From Candidatus Hydrogenedentota bacterium (GTDB taxonomy: Bacteria > Hydrogenedentota > Hydrogenedentia > Hydrogenedentales > SLHB01), in assembly GCA_045863335.1 (NCBI GenBank), contig BTVY01000019.1, forward strand, positions 6,939 through 70,938: 64,000 bases of DNA. Direction: 5' to 3'. This document shows positions 55,248 to 63,334 of the stretch, piece after piece. The notes beneath the pieces were generated by a model. The model was not told the origin of the DNA. It saw nothing but the letters and a program-made list of their open reading frames with translations, and ran no database searches. The first letter of the stretch is position 1. Every line of letters starts with the position of its first letter. A program made the position numbers and the translations under genes.

Positions 55248-56822
55248 ATGCCCCCTTCGAAGAAACGTCCCAAGATCACGACGCGCCCGTGGAAGGAAGA
55301 AGACATTCCCGCGCTGGTGGAATGCCAGTATGCCGCGTATAGCGACTTTCCGCACTACCGGCTCTGCAACGAGCGGCTGTTCCACTTGCAGCACACCGCG
55401 TTCCCGGAGGGCCAGTTCCTTGCGGAGGTGGACGGCCAGATCGCGGGGTACTGCGCGTCGCTGATCGTGATGCTGGACGACTCGGCGCCCTGGCATTCCT
55501 ACAACGAGATTACCGGCAGCGGCACTTTCAATACCCACGACCCCGGCGGCGACACCTTGTACGGCGCGGAGATCGCCGTACGGCCCGAGTATCGCGGGAT
55601 GGGCGTCGCGGGCGCGTTGTACAAGGAACGCATCAAACTCATGAAGCGCTTCAATCTCCGTCGCATGGTGGCGGGCGGGCGCATCCCGGGCTACTGGGAG
55701 TACGCGGGGAAGATGACCGCGGAAGAGTACGTCGACAAGGTCATCGCCGGCGAACTTAAGGATCAGGCGCTGAACGCGCACATCAAGGCAGGGTATTCCG
55801 TCAAGGGGATCCACTACGACTATCTCAGCGACGAGGCAAGCCTGAACTACGCGACCCACCTCGAGTTGATCAATCCCGACTTCAAACTAGAGCGGCGGCG
55901 CATCGCGTCGTCACCCATTACACGACCTGTGCGGCGTGTGCGCGTGTGCGCGGCGCAATACGATCTCCGCGGCATTCGAAGTTGGGAAGATTTCGAACGG
56001 CAGGTGGATTTCTTCGTCACGACGGCGGAAGAGTATCACTGCCATTTTCTCGTGTTTCCGGAACTGTTCACGGCGCAGCTCATCAGCACCATGGACCGCG
56101 ACATGGAGCCGTTGGAGGCCGTGCGCCACCTTGCGGACTATACGGATCAATACACGGAAATGTTCGCCGCCATGTCGCAACGGTTCGGCGGGTACATCAT
56201 CGGCGGATCGCATCCGGTCATGCGGGAAGGCTCGCTCCGCAACGTCTCGCACCTGTTTTCGCCGACAGGACAGATCTACACGCAGGACAAGTTGCACATT
56301 ACGCCGGACGAACGGAAGTTCTGGGGCATTCAGCCCGGCGAAGGGTTGAACGTGTTCGAGACGGAGTTCGCGCGTATCGCGATCCAGGTCTGTTACGACA
56401 TCGAGTTCCCCGAGATGAGCCGGCTCCTCACCTTGTACGGCGCGGAAGTCGTCTTCGTTCCGTTCATGACCGACGAGAAGAAGGCCTACTCCCGCGTGCG
56501 GCTCTGCGCCCAGGCGCGGGCCGTGGAGAACTACATCTATACCGTCATCGCGGGCAACGTGGGGAACTTGCCGCAGGTGCGCAGCTTTCTCATCAACTAC
56601 GGCCAGGCGGCCATCTTTACGCCGAGCGATTTCGCGTTCCCCCCGCATGCGACCGCGGCGGAAGCGGAACCCAACACGGAGATGGTGGTCATCACCGATC
56701 TCGATCTCGAAACCCTCGCGTTGCAGCGGGACATGGGGACCGTGCGGCCGCTGCGCGACCGGCGGCCGGACCTCTACACCCTCGTGCCGAGCCGCGCGGT
56801 CAACGTGATCCGCACTCAGTAG
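55248..56822 (+). CDS. Bifunctional GNAT N-acyltransferase / carbon-nitrogen hydrolase (nitrilase superfamily) fusion
   Basis: 524-aa ORF. The N-terminal GNAT region is …AEIAVRPEYRGMGVAGALY…. The C-terminal nitrilase triad context is LVFPELF, QDKLHITP, IQVCYDIEFPE. Confidence 0.85.
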   Translation: MPPSKKRPKITTRPWKEEDIPALVECQYAAYSDFPHYRLCNERLFHLQHTAFPEGQFLAEVDGQIAGYCASLIVMLDDSAPWHSYNEITGSGTFNTHDPGGDTLYGAEIAVRPEYRGMGVAGALYKERIKLMKRFNLRRMVAGGRIPGYWEYAGKMTAEEYVDKVIAGELKDQALNAHIKAGYSVKGIHYDYLSDEASLNYATHLELINPDFKLERRRIASSPITRPVRRVRVCAAQYDLRGIRSWEDFERQVDFFVTTAEEYHCHFLVFPELFTAQLISTMDRDMEPLEAVRHLADYTDQYTEMFAAMSQRFGGYIIGGSHPVMREGSLRNVSHLFSPTGQIYTQDKLHITPDERKFWGIQPGEGLNVFETEFARIAIQVCYDIEFPEMSRLLTLYGAEVVFVPFMTDEKKAYSRVRLCAQARAVENYIYTVIAGNVGNLPQVRSFLINYGQAAIFTPSDFAFPPHATAAEAEPNTEMVVITDLDLETLALQRDMGTVRPLRDRRPDLYTLVPSRAVNVIRTQ

Positions 56823-56830
56823 GCCGCAGC

Positions 56831-57493
56831 ATGTTTCGCAAGCACCTGTACGTCTTCGAAGAACTGCGGCCCCGCGAAGCGGTGATCCGCGGTTACACCG
56901 AAGCCGACTTCGACGATCTCATCGATATCCAGCGCGAATGTTTCCCGCCGCCGTTTCCATCGGAATTGTGGTGGAACCAAGAGCAGCTCGGCAACCATGT
57001 GCGCCTGTTTCCCGACGGCGCCTTGTGCGTGGAGGTGGAGGGGAAGCTGGCGGGGTCCATTACCGGACTCGTCGTGCCGTGGGAACCCGGCGACCCCGAC
57101 CATGCGTGGAGCGAAATCACGGACGACGGCTACATCCGCAACCACGACCCCGACGGCAACACCTTGTACATCGTCGATATCAGCGTGCGGCCCTCGCACC
57201 GCAAGCTCGGACTCGGCAAATGGCTCATGCTCTCCATGTACGAAGTGGTCGTCGAGAAAAGGCTGACCCGCCTTCTCGGAGGCGCGCGCATGCCGGGCTA
57301 CCACAGAGTCGCGGACAAGCTGACTCCCGAGGGGTACTTGGACAAGGTCCTGGCCGGGGACATCAGCGACCCCATCGTCACGTTCTTGTTGCGCTGCGGC
57401 CGTGTGCCCGTACGCGTCGTGCCCAACTATCTCGACGACGAGGAATCCGGAAACAACGCCGTGCTCATGGAATGGCGCAACCCTTGGCGGTGA
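56831..57493 (+). CDS. GNAT N-acyltransferase, paralog of the GNAT domain of the preceding fusion
   Basis: ATG 56831 (MFRKHLYVFEELRPREAV…). It shares blocks with 55248-55900, for example W.EIT..G...HDP.G.TLY...I.VRP..R..G and G.R.PGY. In the track it is buried inside the 55946-57493 frame. Confidence 0.8.
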   Translation: MFRKHLYVFEELRPREAVIRGYTEADFDDLIDIQRECFPPPFPSELWWNQEQLGNHVRLFPDGALCVEVEGKLAGSITGLVVPWEPGDPDHAWSEITDDGYIRNHDPDGNTLYIVDISVRPSHRKLGLGKWLMLSMYEVVVEKRLTRLLGGARMPGYHRVADKLTPEGYLDKVLAGDISDPIVTFLLRCGRVPVRVVPNYLDDEESGNNAVLMEWRNPWR

Positions 57494-57565
57494 AATGGAA
57501 AATTCGAAGCACGAAATCCGAAACAAATTCGAATGTCCAAAATTCAAAACATCCGAAACCTTGAT
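57494..57565. repeat. AT-rich degenerate direct-repeat island
   Basis: aaaattcgaagcacgaaatccgaaac is followed by aaattcgaatgtccaaaattcaaaacatccgaaac. The submotifs AAATTCGAA and A(A/C)ATCCGAAAC each occur twice. The base composition contrasts strongly with the flanks. Confidence 0.6.
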
Positions 57566-57625
57566 GAACTGCGGCTGACAAAACCGCTGGCGCGACGCTC
57601 ACGTCCGTGCGCTGGTCAAGGCTCA

Positions 57626-57655
57626 ATCGGTGCCATCGGTGAAATCGGTGGATCG
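57626..57655 (+). repeat. ATCGGTG heptamer repeated three times at 9-bp phase plus a partial fourth copy
   Basis: ATCGGTGcc ATCGGTGaa ATCGGTGg ATCG begins at 57626, 57635, 57644 and 57652. It ends about 28 nt upstream of the TTG start at 57683. Confidence 0.8.
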
Positions 57656-57682
57656 CTTCTTTTAACCTGAGGAGATTCCGGC

Positions 57683-58354
57683 TTGAACTTCGTTCGCATC
57701 ACCCGCATCGATGACCCGCTCTTTGGCAAGATGCATGCCCTCATGCAGGAGGTCTTCCCGCCCGAGGAAGTGCTGGAGTTCTCCGCTTGGGAAGGGCCTT
57801 TGCAGGATGACGGCCTGCGCGTGTGCGTCGCCGTCCACGACGGTGAAGTCGTCGGCGCGACGGAGTACCGCTACTACCCCGACCTGAACGTGGCTATGAC
57901 TGACTTCACCATCGTCGGACGCCCCGGACTCGGCATCGGCCGATTCCTCTACCTCGAACGCCAGCGCGACCTCGACGCGTGGGCCAAGCGCCACGGCCAG
58001 ACCCCCCTCGGCATGTTCGCGGAGATCTACGACCCCTACCGCGTCGAAGGGCACGCCTTCGGCGGCATCAAACCCATGGACCCCTTCGTCCGCCGCGAAG
58101 TCCTGTCTCACCTCGGCTACCGCCGCCTCGACTTCCCGTACATCCACCCGTCCTGGAAGAACAACGGCGAACCCGTCACCGAACTCGACCTCTGCTTCCT
58201 CCCCACCGACGACAGCCGCGAATCAATCCCCGCCGCGTTGATCGCCGAGTTCCTGACCACCTACTACGACATCCTCCCCAACAAGCCCGGGGAATGGCGG
58301 GCCATGGTCGACGCCCTGCGAACCCGGGAAACGGTCGCGCTCTTGCCGTTGTAA
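57683..58354 (+). CDS. GNAT-like acyltransferase (weak assignment)
   Basis: 223-aa ORF with a TTG start 8 nt after GAGGAG. The motif-A-like segment is …FTIVGRPGLGIGRFLYLE…. Confidence 0.55.
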   Translation: MNFVRITRIDDPLFGKMHALMQEVFPPEEVLEFSAWEGPLQDDGLRVCVAVHDGEVVGATEYRYYPDLNVAMTDFTIVGRPGLGIGRFLYLERQRDLDAWAKRHGQTPLGMFAEIYDPYRVEGHAFGGIKPMDPFVRREVLSHLGYRRLDFPYIHPSWKNNGEPVTELDLCFLPTDDSRESIPAALIAEFLTTYYDILPNKPGEWRAMVDALRTRETVALLPL

Positions 58355-58438
58355 ACGAGCTTTCTCCCCCGCCGTTTTTTTCGCGAAGGATTTCGGGCGC
58401 GAACTGCAATACTATGTAGAAAACAGCGGGGGGGCCGA

Positions 58439-59020
58439 GTGGAAGACGGCGACGCCAGCCAGAGACGGTATGACCGGAAGCTCGCGAAGGCGCTGCGAAA
58501 AGGGAGCGTCCGCGCTTGGCGGGAGTTCTATGCCTTGTACGCAACCCCGGTGTTCCGGTTCGTGCTTTCCCGGTCCCATGGGAACGCGGAAACGGCAAGG
58601 GACCTGGCCCGTGAAGCGCTGGTGATCGGGGTGGAGCGCATCGGCGACTTCGACTGGAGGAAAGGCGACATGTGGGCCTGGTTGTGCGGAATCGCGATGA
58701 ACAAACTGCGCGAAACGGCACGGTCGAAGACCCGCGACGGCCGCATCGCTGAGGGCATGGGCGATCGCGCGGCGAACCGCACCATGGACGCCTCGACGGA
58801 AAGCGCTTTGGATGTCGAGTACGTTCTTTCTACGCTTCGGCCCGATTGGCAGGAGGTGCTTGAACAGAAGTACGTCCTTGGCAGGAGCGTGCGTGAGATT
58901 GCCGAAACGCTGGAGACGTCAGAAAAGGCCGTCGAATCCCGCCTGACCCGCGCGCGCGACGCTTTCCGAGCGGCCTACAGCGCCTCATCGGGAGCGTCGA
59001 AAGGTGACGACCATGGATGA
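58439..59020 (+). CDS. ECF-type sigma-70 family RNA polymerase sigma factor
   Basis: 193-aa ORF with a GTG start. The region-2-like segment is …FYALYATPVFRFVLSR…ARDLAREALV…. The region-4 HTH is …LGRSVREIAETLETSEKAVESRLTRARDAFR. Confidence 0.8.
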   Translation: MEDGDASQRRYDRKLAKALRKGSVRAWREFYALYATPVFRFVLSRSHGNAETARDLAREALVIGVERIGDFDWRKGDMWAWLCGIAMNKLRETARSKTRDGRIAEGMGDRAANRTMDASTESALDVEYVLSTLRPDWQEVLEQKYVLGRSVREIAETLETSEKAVESRLTRARDAFRAAYSASSGASKGDDHG

Positions 59021-61625
59021 TCTGCAAGACCTATTGCAGGGCACGAAACGTCCGCCTATTAGAGACCTGAATCGGGACTACCTGGACGCTGAAGTCAGGC
59101 CTCTGCTGAGATCCCGCCGGGCCCATACGCTGAGGCGCCGGGTCGTGTTCACCGTGGGTGTCGTCATCCTTTTGCCCGTGGGCGGCTTCTTCAGTCCTCT
59201 CTTCCTGGAGCGGCTGCCGCAGCCGGTTCTTGTCAAGACAGCCCAACTGCGAAACGAACTGCCACGGTTGCCAATCCCACCGATGGAGCTTGAGACGATA
59301 CCGTGGCCGTTTGATAAGCAGGTAGAGGATGCCGACGTATTTGTACAGGGACGCATCGAATCACTCGACTTCGTCCAGGAAGACTTGGCGAAAAAGGTGG
59401 TAGCCCTTTGTCCGCCGTCAGAACACATCCGGACGACGGTGCGACTGCGGGTTACGAAAAGTTATCCGGAGATCGATGCCGAAACCGTTACGTTTCATAC
59501 CCAAGTGTCCGTCGAGGGCCTGGATAATCTCTACATGGGCGGCGATTGCATCGTGCCGCTTGCCATCCGGGATGGGGAGTATTTTCAACCTTCTCGGGCG
59601 CACCTATTTCGCATCAATCCTGAAACCGGTCGCATCCCAGGGATAATGGACTACGGGCGAAACCTCACGGTAGATGAGGCATGGAAGATTATCCGCGACG
59701 TGTATGATGCAGTTCATAAGTACAACCAAGTGTCCGAAGAGACCATCGCCAAGTGGAAAGAACAACTCCACATTGGTACAGCAGCGCAGTGTATCAGCGC
59801 GATGACTTATTTGCAGACCTTGCCTTACCTTGAACTGTCGTCCGTCGAGTTGACGAGTGCGATCGAGCGCCTGTATCCCGGCGAGGCAGAAATATCCGTG
59901 GAGGAGGAGTCGCAATATTTGCACATGGTCCAGGCTGCTCTGGAATCGCTTATTCCGATTGCAGATTCGGAGAGTGTGGAGGCGTTGTTCAAGTTCTACG
60001 TGCGAGACCGCGATCGGCAGAGTCCAGTGTTCGATCGGCGAGGCCCGTTGGAAGATCGGTTCATCGAATTGTTCCTCCGTGTGCCGGATGCGGGGCGGCG
60101 TGAACGCATTATCAAGTTGCTCGGCGAGACGGGCGAAATCGTTGACGGGCTGAACTCCTGGCAGCACGAGTACGTGAGCGATGAGCACGCGCTCTTTGAT
60201 GTCATGGCCAAAACGCCGGGAGAAGATATCGACGCGTTGTTCCTGGAGATCATGAACGACCCCTCGGCGTTTGGAGTTGATGGCATCTATGATCTGGGAA
60301 ACCTCTGGATCGCCATGGGACGACGCGGCATGGCGGACCTGCGGCCGGCGCTTGAAGACGCGTTGGCGGAACCCGGCGAGATAGCCCGCGGGTTCGCCAA
60401 CCCGCCGGAGCCAAGTCACGTCGTAGATGCGGCGAATCGTGCGATGGGAGAACTAAATCGCAATCTGCCGAGCACCGAAAGTGATTTCGAACTTCTCCTC
60501 GCGTCATACGACGCGGGCGACACCGAATTGATCCACGAGATCCGCAGACGCTTCCCTAAGGATGGGCGTCCTTACAGCTACTGGCTGAAGACAGCGCCCG
60601 TTCGCGATGTTGCCGATCTCATTGCGCATAGCGCGCCGGACCCCTCCTTTATCCCACTGCTTACGGCTGCATTGGACGAGCCGGTGAACCCGCCGCTCAA
60701 TCTAAAGGGCACGCCGGCTTACTGGCAGGACTACAGTGAACGGGCGGCGATGCTGTTCGCGCTCTACCAGTGTGGCGCACGCGAAGATGCCGTGAAACGA
60801 GTCAGCGCATTGCTGGAGTCATTTCCGGCAGATGGTGAACCGGGCAAAAGTGACGAGCAGTGGCACTGGAACTTCGCGCAGTTCCGTTGGAGAGTAGAAC
60901 TGCTCAAATTGGCCGCGTATTTCGGTGACGAAGCGGCCTATCCCGTGGTCGCGTCGTATCTCGACGAGGAATCATTGGGATTGTATTATGGCATGCCGCC
61001 GACCTCCGGGGAGTTTGAAGGTGCGAGCAACAATGCCACCCGCCTTCACGCCGCCGCAATCGTTGCCGCTGCCAGAACGGGCAAGGAACAGGCCATCCCC
61101 CTCTTGCAGAAGCAGTTTGACGGTGAACGAAAGCGTGTCGCGGTTGTTGCGGCCATGGCGTTGTTATATCTCGGCGATCACCGGGGCGAAGAGACGCTGA
61201 TCGCCTGGGCGAATGGGGAAGGAGGCTTCCGAATGCCCCGTGTCTCCGTCACCGGCGAGTGGGAGGATTGGCCGCGCACGGTGTCTATGGAATCCCTCCT
61301 GCGCTCACCGGAAATTGACGCCTTCTACTTGGATGCGTTGCGGAGTGGAAAGCACCAGTTCGGACCGCAACTGATTGTGAAGAGTGGAATCGCGGAGGAG
61401 CGAAGGTCCGAAGTCCTACCGATTCTCGTCGATCTCCTGTCGAACCGCGATCAACTTCTCCGTGGTGATGCGAACGAAGCGCTCCGGCGGCTGACTGGCC
61501 AGGACTTCGGATACAACGGCCGAGAGGTCGTTACGCACCAGCAAGACGCCATTGCCAAATGGCGGGCGTACGTCGACGATCTGGTTGGCGGGCCATTCGA
61601 GGATGTGACATCGCCGGCTTCCTGA
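59004..61625 (+). CDS. Single-pass membrane protein with large extracytoplasmic HEAT/ARM-like repeat domain (candidate anti-sigma partner)
   Basis: 873-aa ORF overlapping the sigma gene by 17 nt. A short cytoplasmic N-terminus is followed by the TM helix VVFTVGVVILLPVGGFFSPLFL. HEAT-like segments include …VAVVAAMALLYLGDHRGEETLI… and …LVDLLSNRDQLLRGDANEALRRLTGQDFG…. Confidence 0.75.
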   Translation: MTTMDDLQDLLQGTKRPPIRDLNRDYLDAEVRPLLRSRRAHTLRRRVVFTVGVVILLPVGGFFSPLFLERLPQPVLVKTAQLRNELPRLPIPPMELETIPWPFDKQVEDADVFVQGRIESLDFVQEDLAKKVVALCPPSEHIRTTVRLRVTKSYPEIDAETVTFHTQVSVEGLDNLYMGGDCIVPLAIRDGEYFQPSRAHLFRINPETGRIPGIMDYGRNLTVDEAWKIIRDVYDAVHKYNQVSEETIAKWKEQLHIGTAAQCISAMTYLQTLPYLELSSVELTSAIERLYPGEAEISVEEESQYLHMVQAALESLIPIADSESVEALFKFYVRDRDRQSPVFDRRGPLEDRFIELFLRVPDAGRRERIIKLLGETGEIVDGLNSWQHEYVSDEHALFDVMAKTPGEDIDALFLEIMNDPSAFGVDGIYDLGNLWIAMGRRGMADLRPALEDALAEPGEIARGFANPPEPSHVVDAANRAMGELNRNLPSTESDFELLLASYDAGDTELIHEIRRRFPKDGRPYSYWLKTAPVRDVADLIAHSAPDPSFIPLLTAALDEPVNPPLNLKGTPAYWQDYSERAAMLFALYQCGAREDAVKRVSALLESFPADGEPGKSDEQWHWNFAQFRWRVELLKLAAYFGDEAAYPVVASYLDEESLGLYYGMPPTSGEFEGASNNATRLHAAAIVAAARTGKEQAIPLLQKQFDGERKRVAVVAAMALLYLGDHRGEETLIAWANGEGGFRMPRVSVTGEWEDWPRTVSMESLLRSPEIDAFYLDALRSGKHQFGPQLIVKSGIAEERRSEVLPILVDLLSNRDQLLRGDANEALRRLTGQDFGYNGREVVTHQQDAIAKWRAYVDDLVGGPFEDVTSPAS

Positions 61626-61675
61626 CCACCGACTACGCTTTGCCCTCGACCTCGCCCTAGCGGCGCGTGTGGAGT

Positions 61676-61699
61676 GCGGCCACGCCACGGCGTGGCTGC
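61676..61699. other. GC-rich hairpin in the convergent intergenic region
   Basis: GCGGCCACGCC-AC-GGCGTGGCTGC is a near-perfect palindrome. It is followed by TTT on the plus strand. It could act as a bidirectional terminator or be a REP-like unit. Confidence 0.45.
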
Positions 61700-61847
61700 T
61701 TTCATGAAGCGGGCTTGCGGCGGCTTTACGGCAGGCAGGTGTGCAGGTTTAGACCGAATTGGCGTCGCGGCAACTTCTTAGGTGGATGAGAAAGGTCTTG
61801 AAACAAAGCAGTCCCAAGGGACCGCAGTCCATAGGACGCGTTGCTTG

Positions 61848-63146
61848 TCAGCCGCAGAACAGGGACCGTAGGTAGGGATTCAGAAACACGCCGTTGGGGT
61901 CCAAATCCATTCGCACCTGCTGGAAGCTATGCCAATCGGGATACAGGTCCGCGAGTTCCTTGGCGGTGAGGTTGTGCATTTTGCCCCAGTGGGGGCGGCC
62001 GTCGTAGCGGCGGAAGATGCGTTCGCAGCCTTCGAAGTAGCGCTCGTGGGGCATGCCCTGGAACATGTGGACGGAGATGCACACGGAGTCGCGTCCGTAG
62101 CAGGGGCTCAGGGGGATGTCGTCGCCCTTGACGTAGCGGTATTCAATGGGGAAGTGAACGGCGATGCCTTCCCGTTCGATCCAGCTCTTGATGTCCTGGA
62201 TCGCCTTGGGTCCGTCCGCCATGGGGACGGCGTACTCCATCTCGTTGAACCGCACGTTGCGTTTCGTGGAGAGGACGCGGTGACCCACGTCGATCTCCTG
62301 CGTGTCCGCGATCTGATTCGCCATGAACCGGCACATGGCCGGGCAGCGTTCCGGCTTCTTCCGGCAGCGGCGGCTGATGATGCCGAAGGCGGTGTTTTCG
62401 AGAAGGGTTTCGGAGAACCACTTGCGGAACGCGTGTCGCATGAGCGGCTCAGTCGTCTCGTTCAGGAATTTGAGCTGGACCGTGTCCGTGTAGGGAAAGA
62501 GATAGAACTCGAAATGCCGGTTGGCTTGCGCGAAGGCTTCCCCTTTCTGGAGGGTCTCGTGAAAGTCGCCCTTCTTGCGCACATAGGCGAGCCGGTACAC
62601 GGGAACCAGCCGCAGTTTGACCTCCACGATAATGCCCAACGCGCCCAAGGAAACCTGCGCGGCCTTGAAGATCTCCCGGTTCTGCTCCTCCGAACACTCC
62701 ACCACGTCGCCCGATGCGCATACCAGGGTCAGCCCGATGACTTGGGTGGAAAGATTCCCGAAGGTCAGGCCGGTCCCATGGGTGCCCGTGCCGATAGCGC
62801 CGCCAATGGACTGGCGGTTGATATCGCCGAGGTTCTCCATGTGGAGGCCGTAGCGTTCCAGCGTGTCGTTGAGTTTGTATAGCTTCTTCCCCGCCATCAC
62901 CGTTGCCTCGCGGGTGCGGGTATCGACCTCCACCATCCCGCCGAGATGGTCGAGCGAAACGATGACTTGGTTCGTTTTAACGAGATCCGTGAAGGAATGG
63001 CCGGACCCCGCGACGCGGACGGTCTTCCCGTCCCGGGCCGCGGTGCGGACGATTTCTGACACCTCTTCGACACTGCGGGGTAAAAGAATGGACTCGGGCG
63101 TACACTGGACAGACCCAGACCAGTTGGACCAGAAATGCTTTTTCAT
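61848..63146 (-). CDS. FAD-linked oxidase of the D-arabinono-1,4-lactone / L-gulonolactone oxidase type
   Basis: 432-aa ORF. The N-terminus is …NWSGSVQCTPESILLPRSVEEVSEIVRTAARDGKTVRVAGSGHSFTDL. The C-terminal ALO-like motif is …DGRPHWGK…. Confidence 0.85.
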   Translation of the reverse strand: MKKHFWSNWSGSVQCTPESILLPRSVEEVSEIVRTAARDGKTVRVAGSGHSFTDLVKTNQVIVSLDHLGGMVEVDTRTREATVMAGKKLYKLNDTLERYGLHMENLGDINRQSIGGAIGTGTHGTGLTFGNLSTQVIGLTLVCASGDVVECSEEQNREIFKAAQVSLGALGIIVEVKLRLVPVYRLAYVRKKGDFHETLQKGEAFAQANRHFEFYLFPYTDTVQLKFLNETTEPLMRHAFRKWFSETLLENTAFGIISRRCRKKPERCPAMCRFMANQIADTQEIDVGHRVLSTKRNVRFNEMEYAVPMADGPKAIQDIKSWIEREGIAVHFPIEYRYVKGDDIPLSPCYGRDSVCISVHMFQGMPHERYFEGCERIFRRYDGRPHWGKMHNLTAKELADLYPDWHSFQQVRMDLDPNGVFLNPYLRSLFCG

Positions 63147-63334
63147 GGGAATCCTTTTCGATAGGGAACTGGTAAGCTTATCGCGCGGGCACCCTTGGAG
63201 TCAAATAAACCACGAGCGCTCCGGTCGGCAGAAAAACGTCGCAACTCATGGGAATAAAATGGCTTAGGATTGTGTCCCTACTCTGAAAAGGACACCATTG
63301 ATCTGTCCATTCCATGACAAGGAGTCTAAGTGCC

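Noticed and set aside
57626-57655. Possible CRISPR-like or other direct-repeat array. The LysM, LPxGLG and (GAGCCC)3 repeats were also considered.
   Set aside because: The units are 7-24 nt, lack spacers of CRISPR size and are mostly in frame inside genes. No cas genes are present. There is no CRISPR array in this window.
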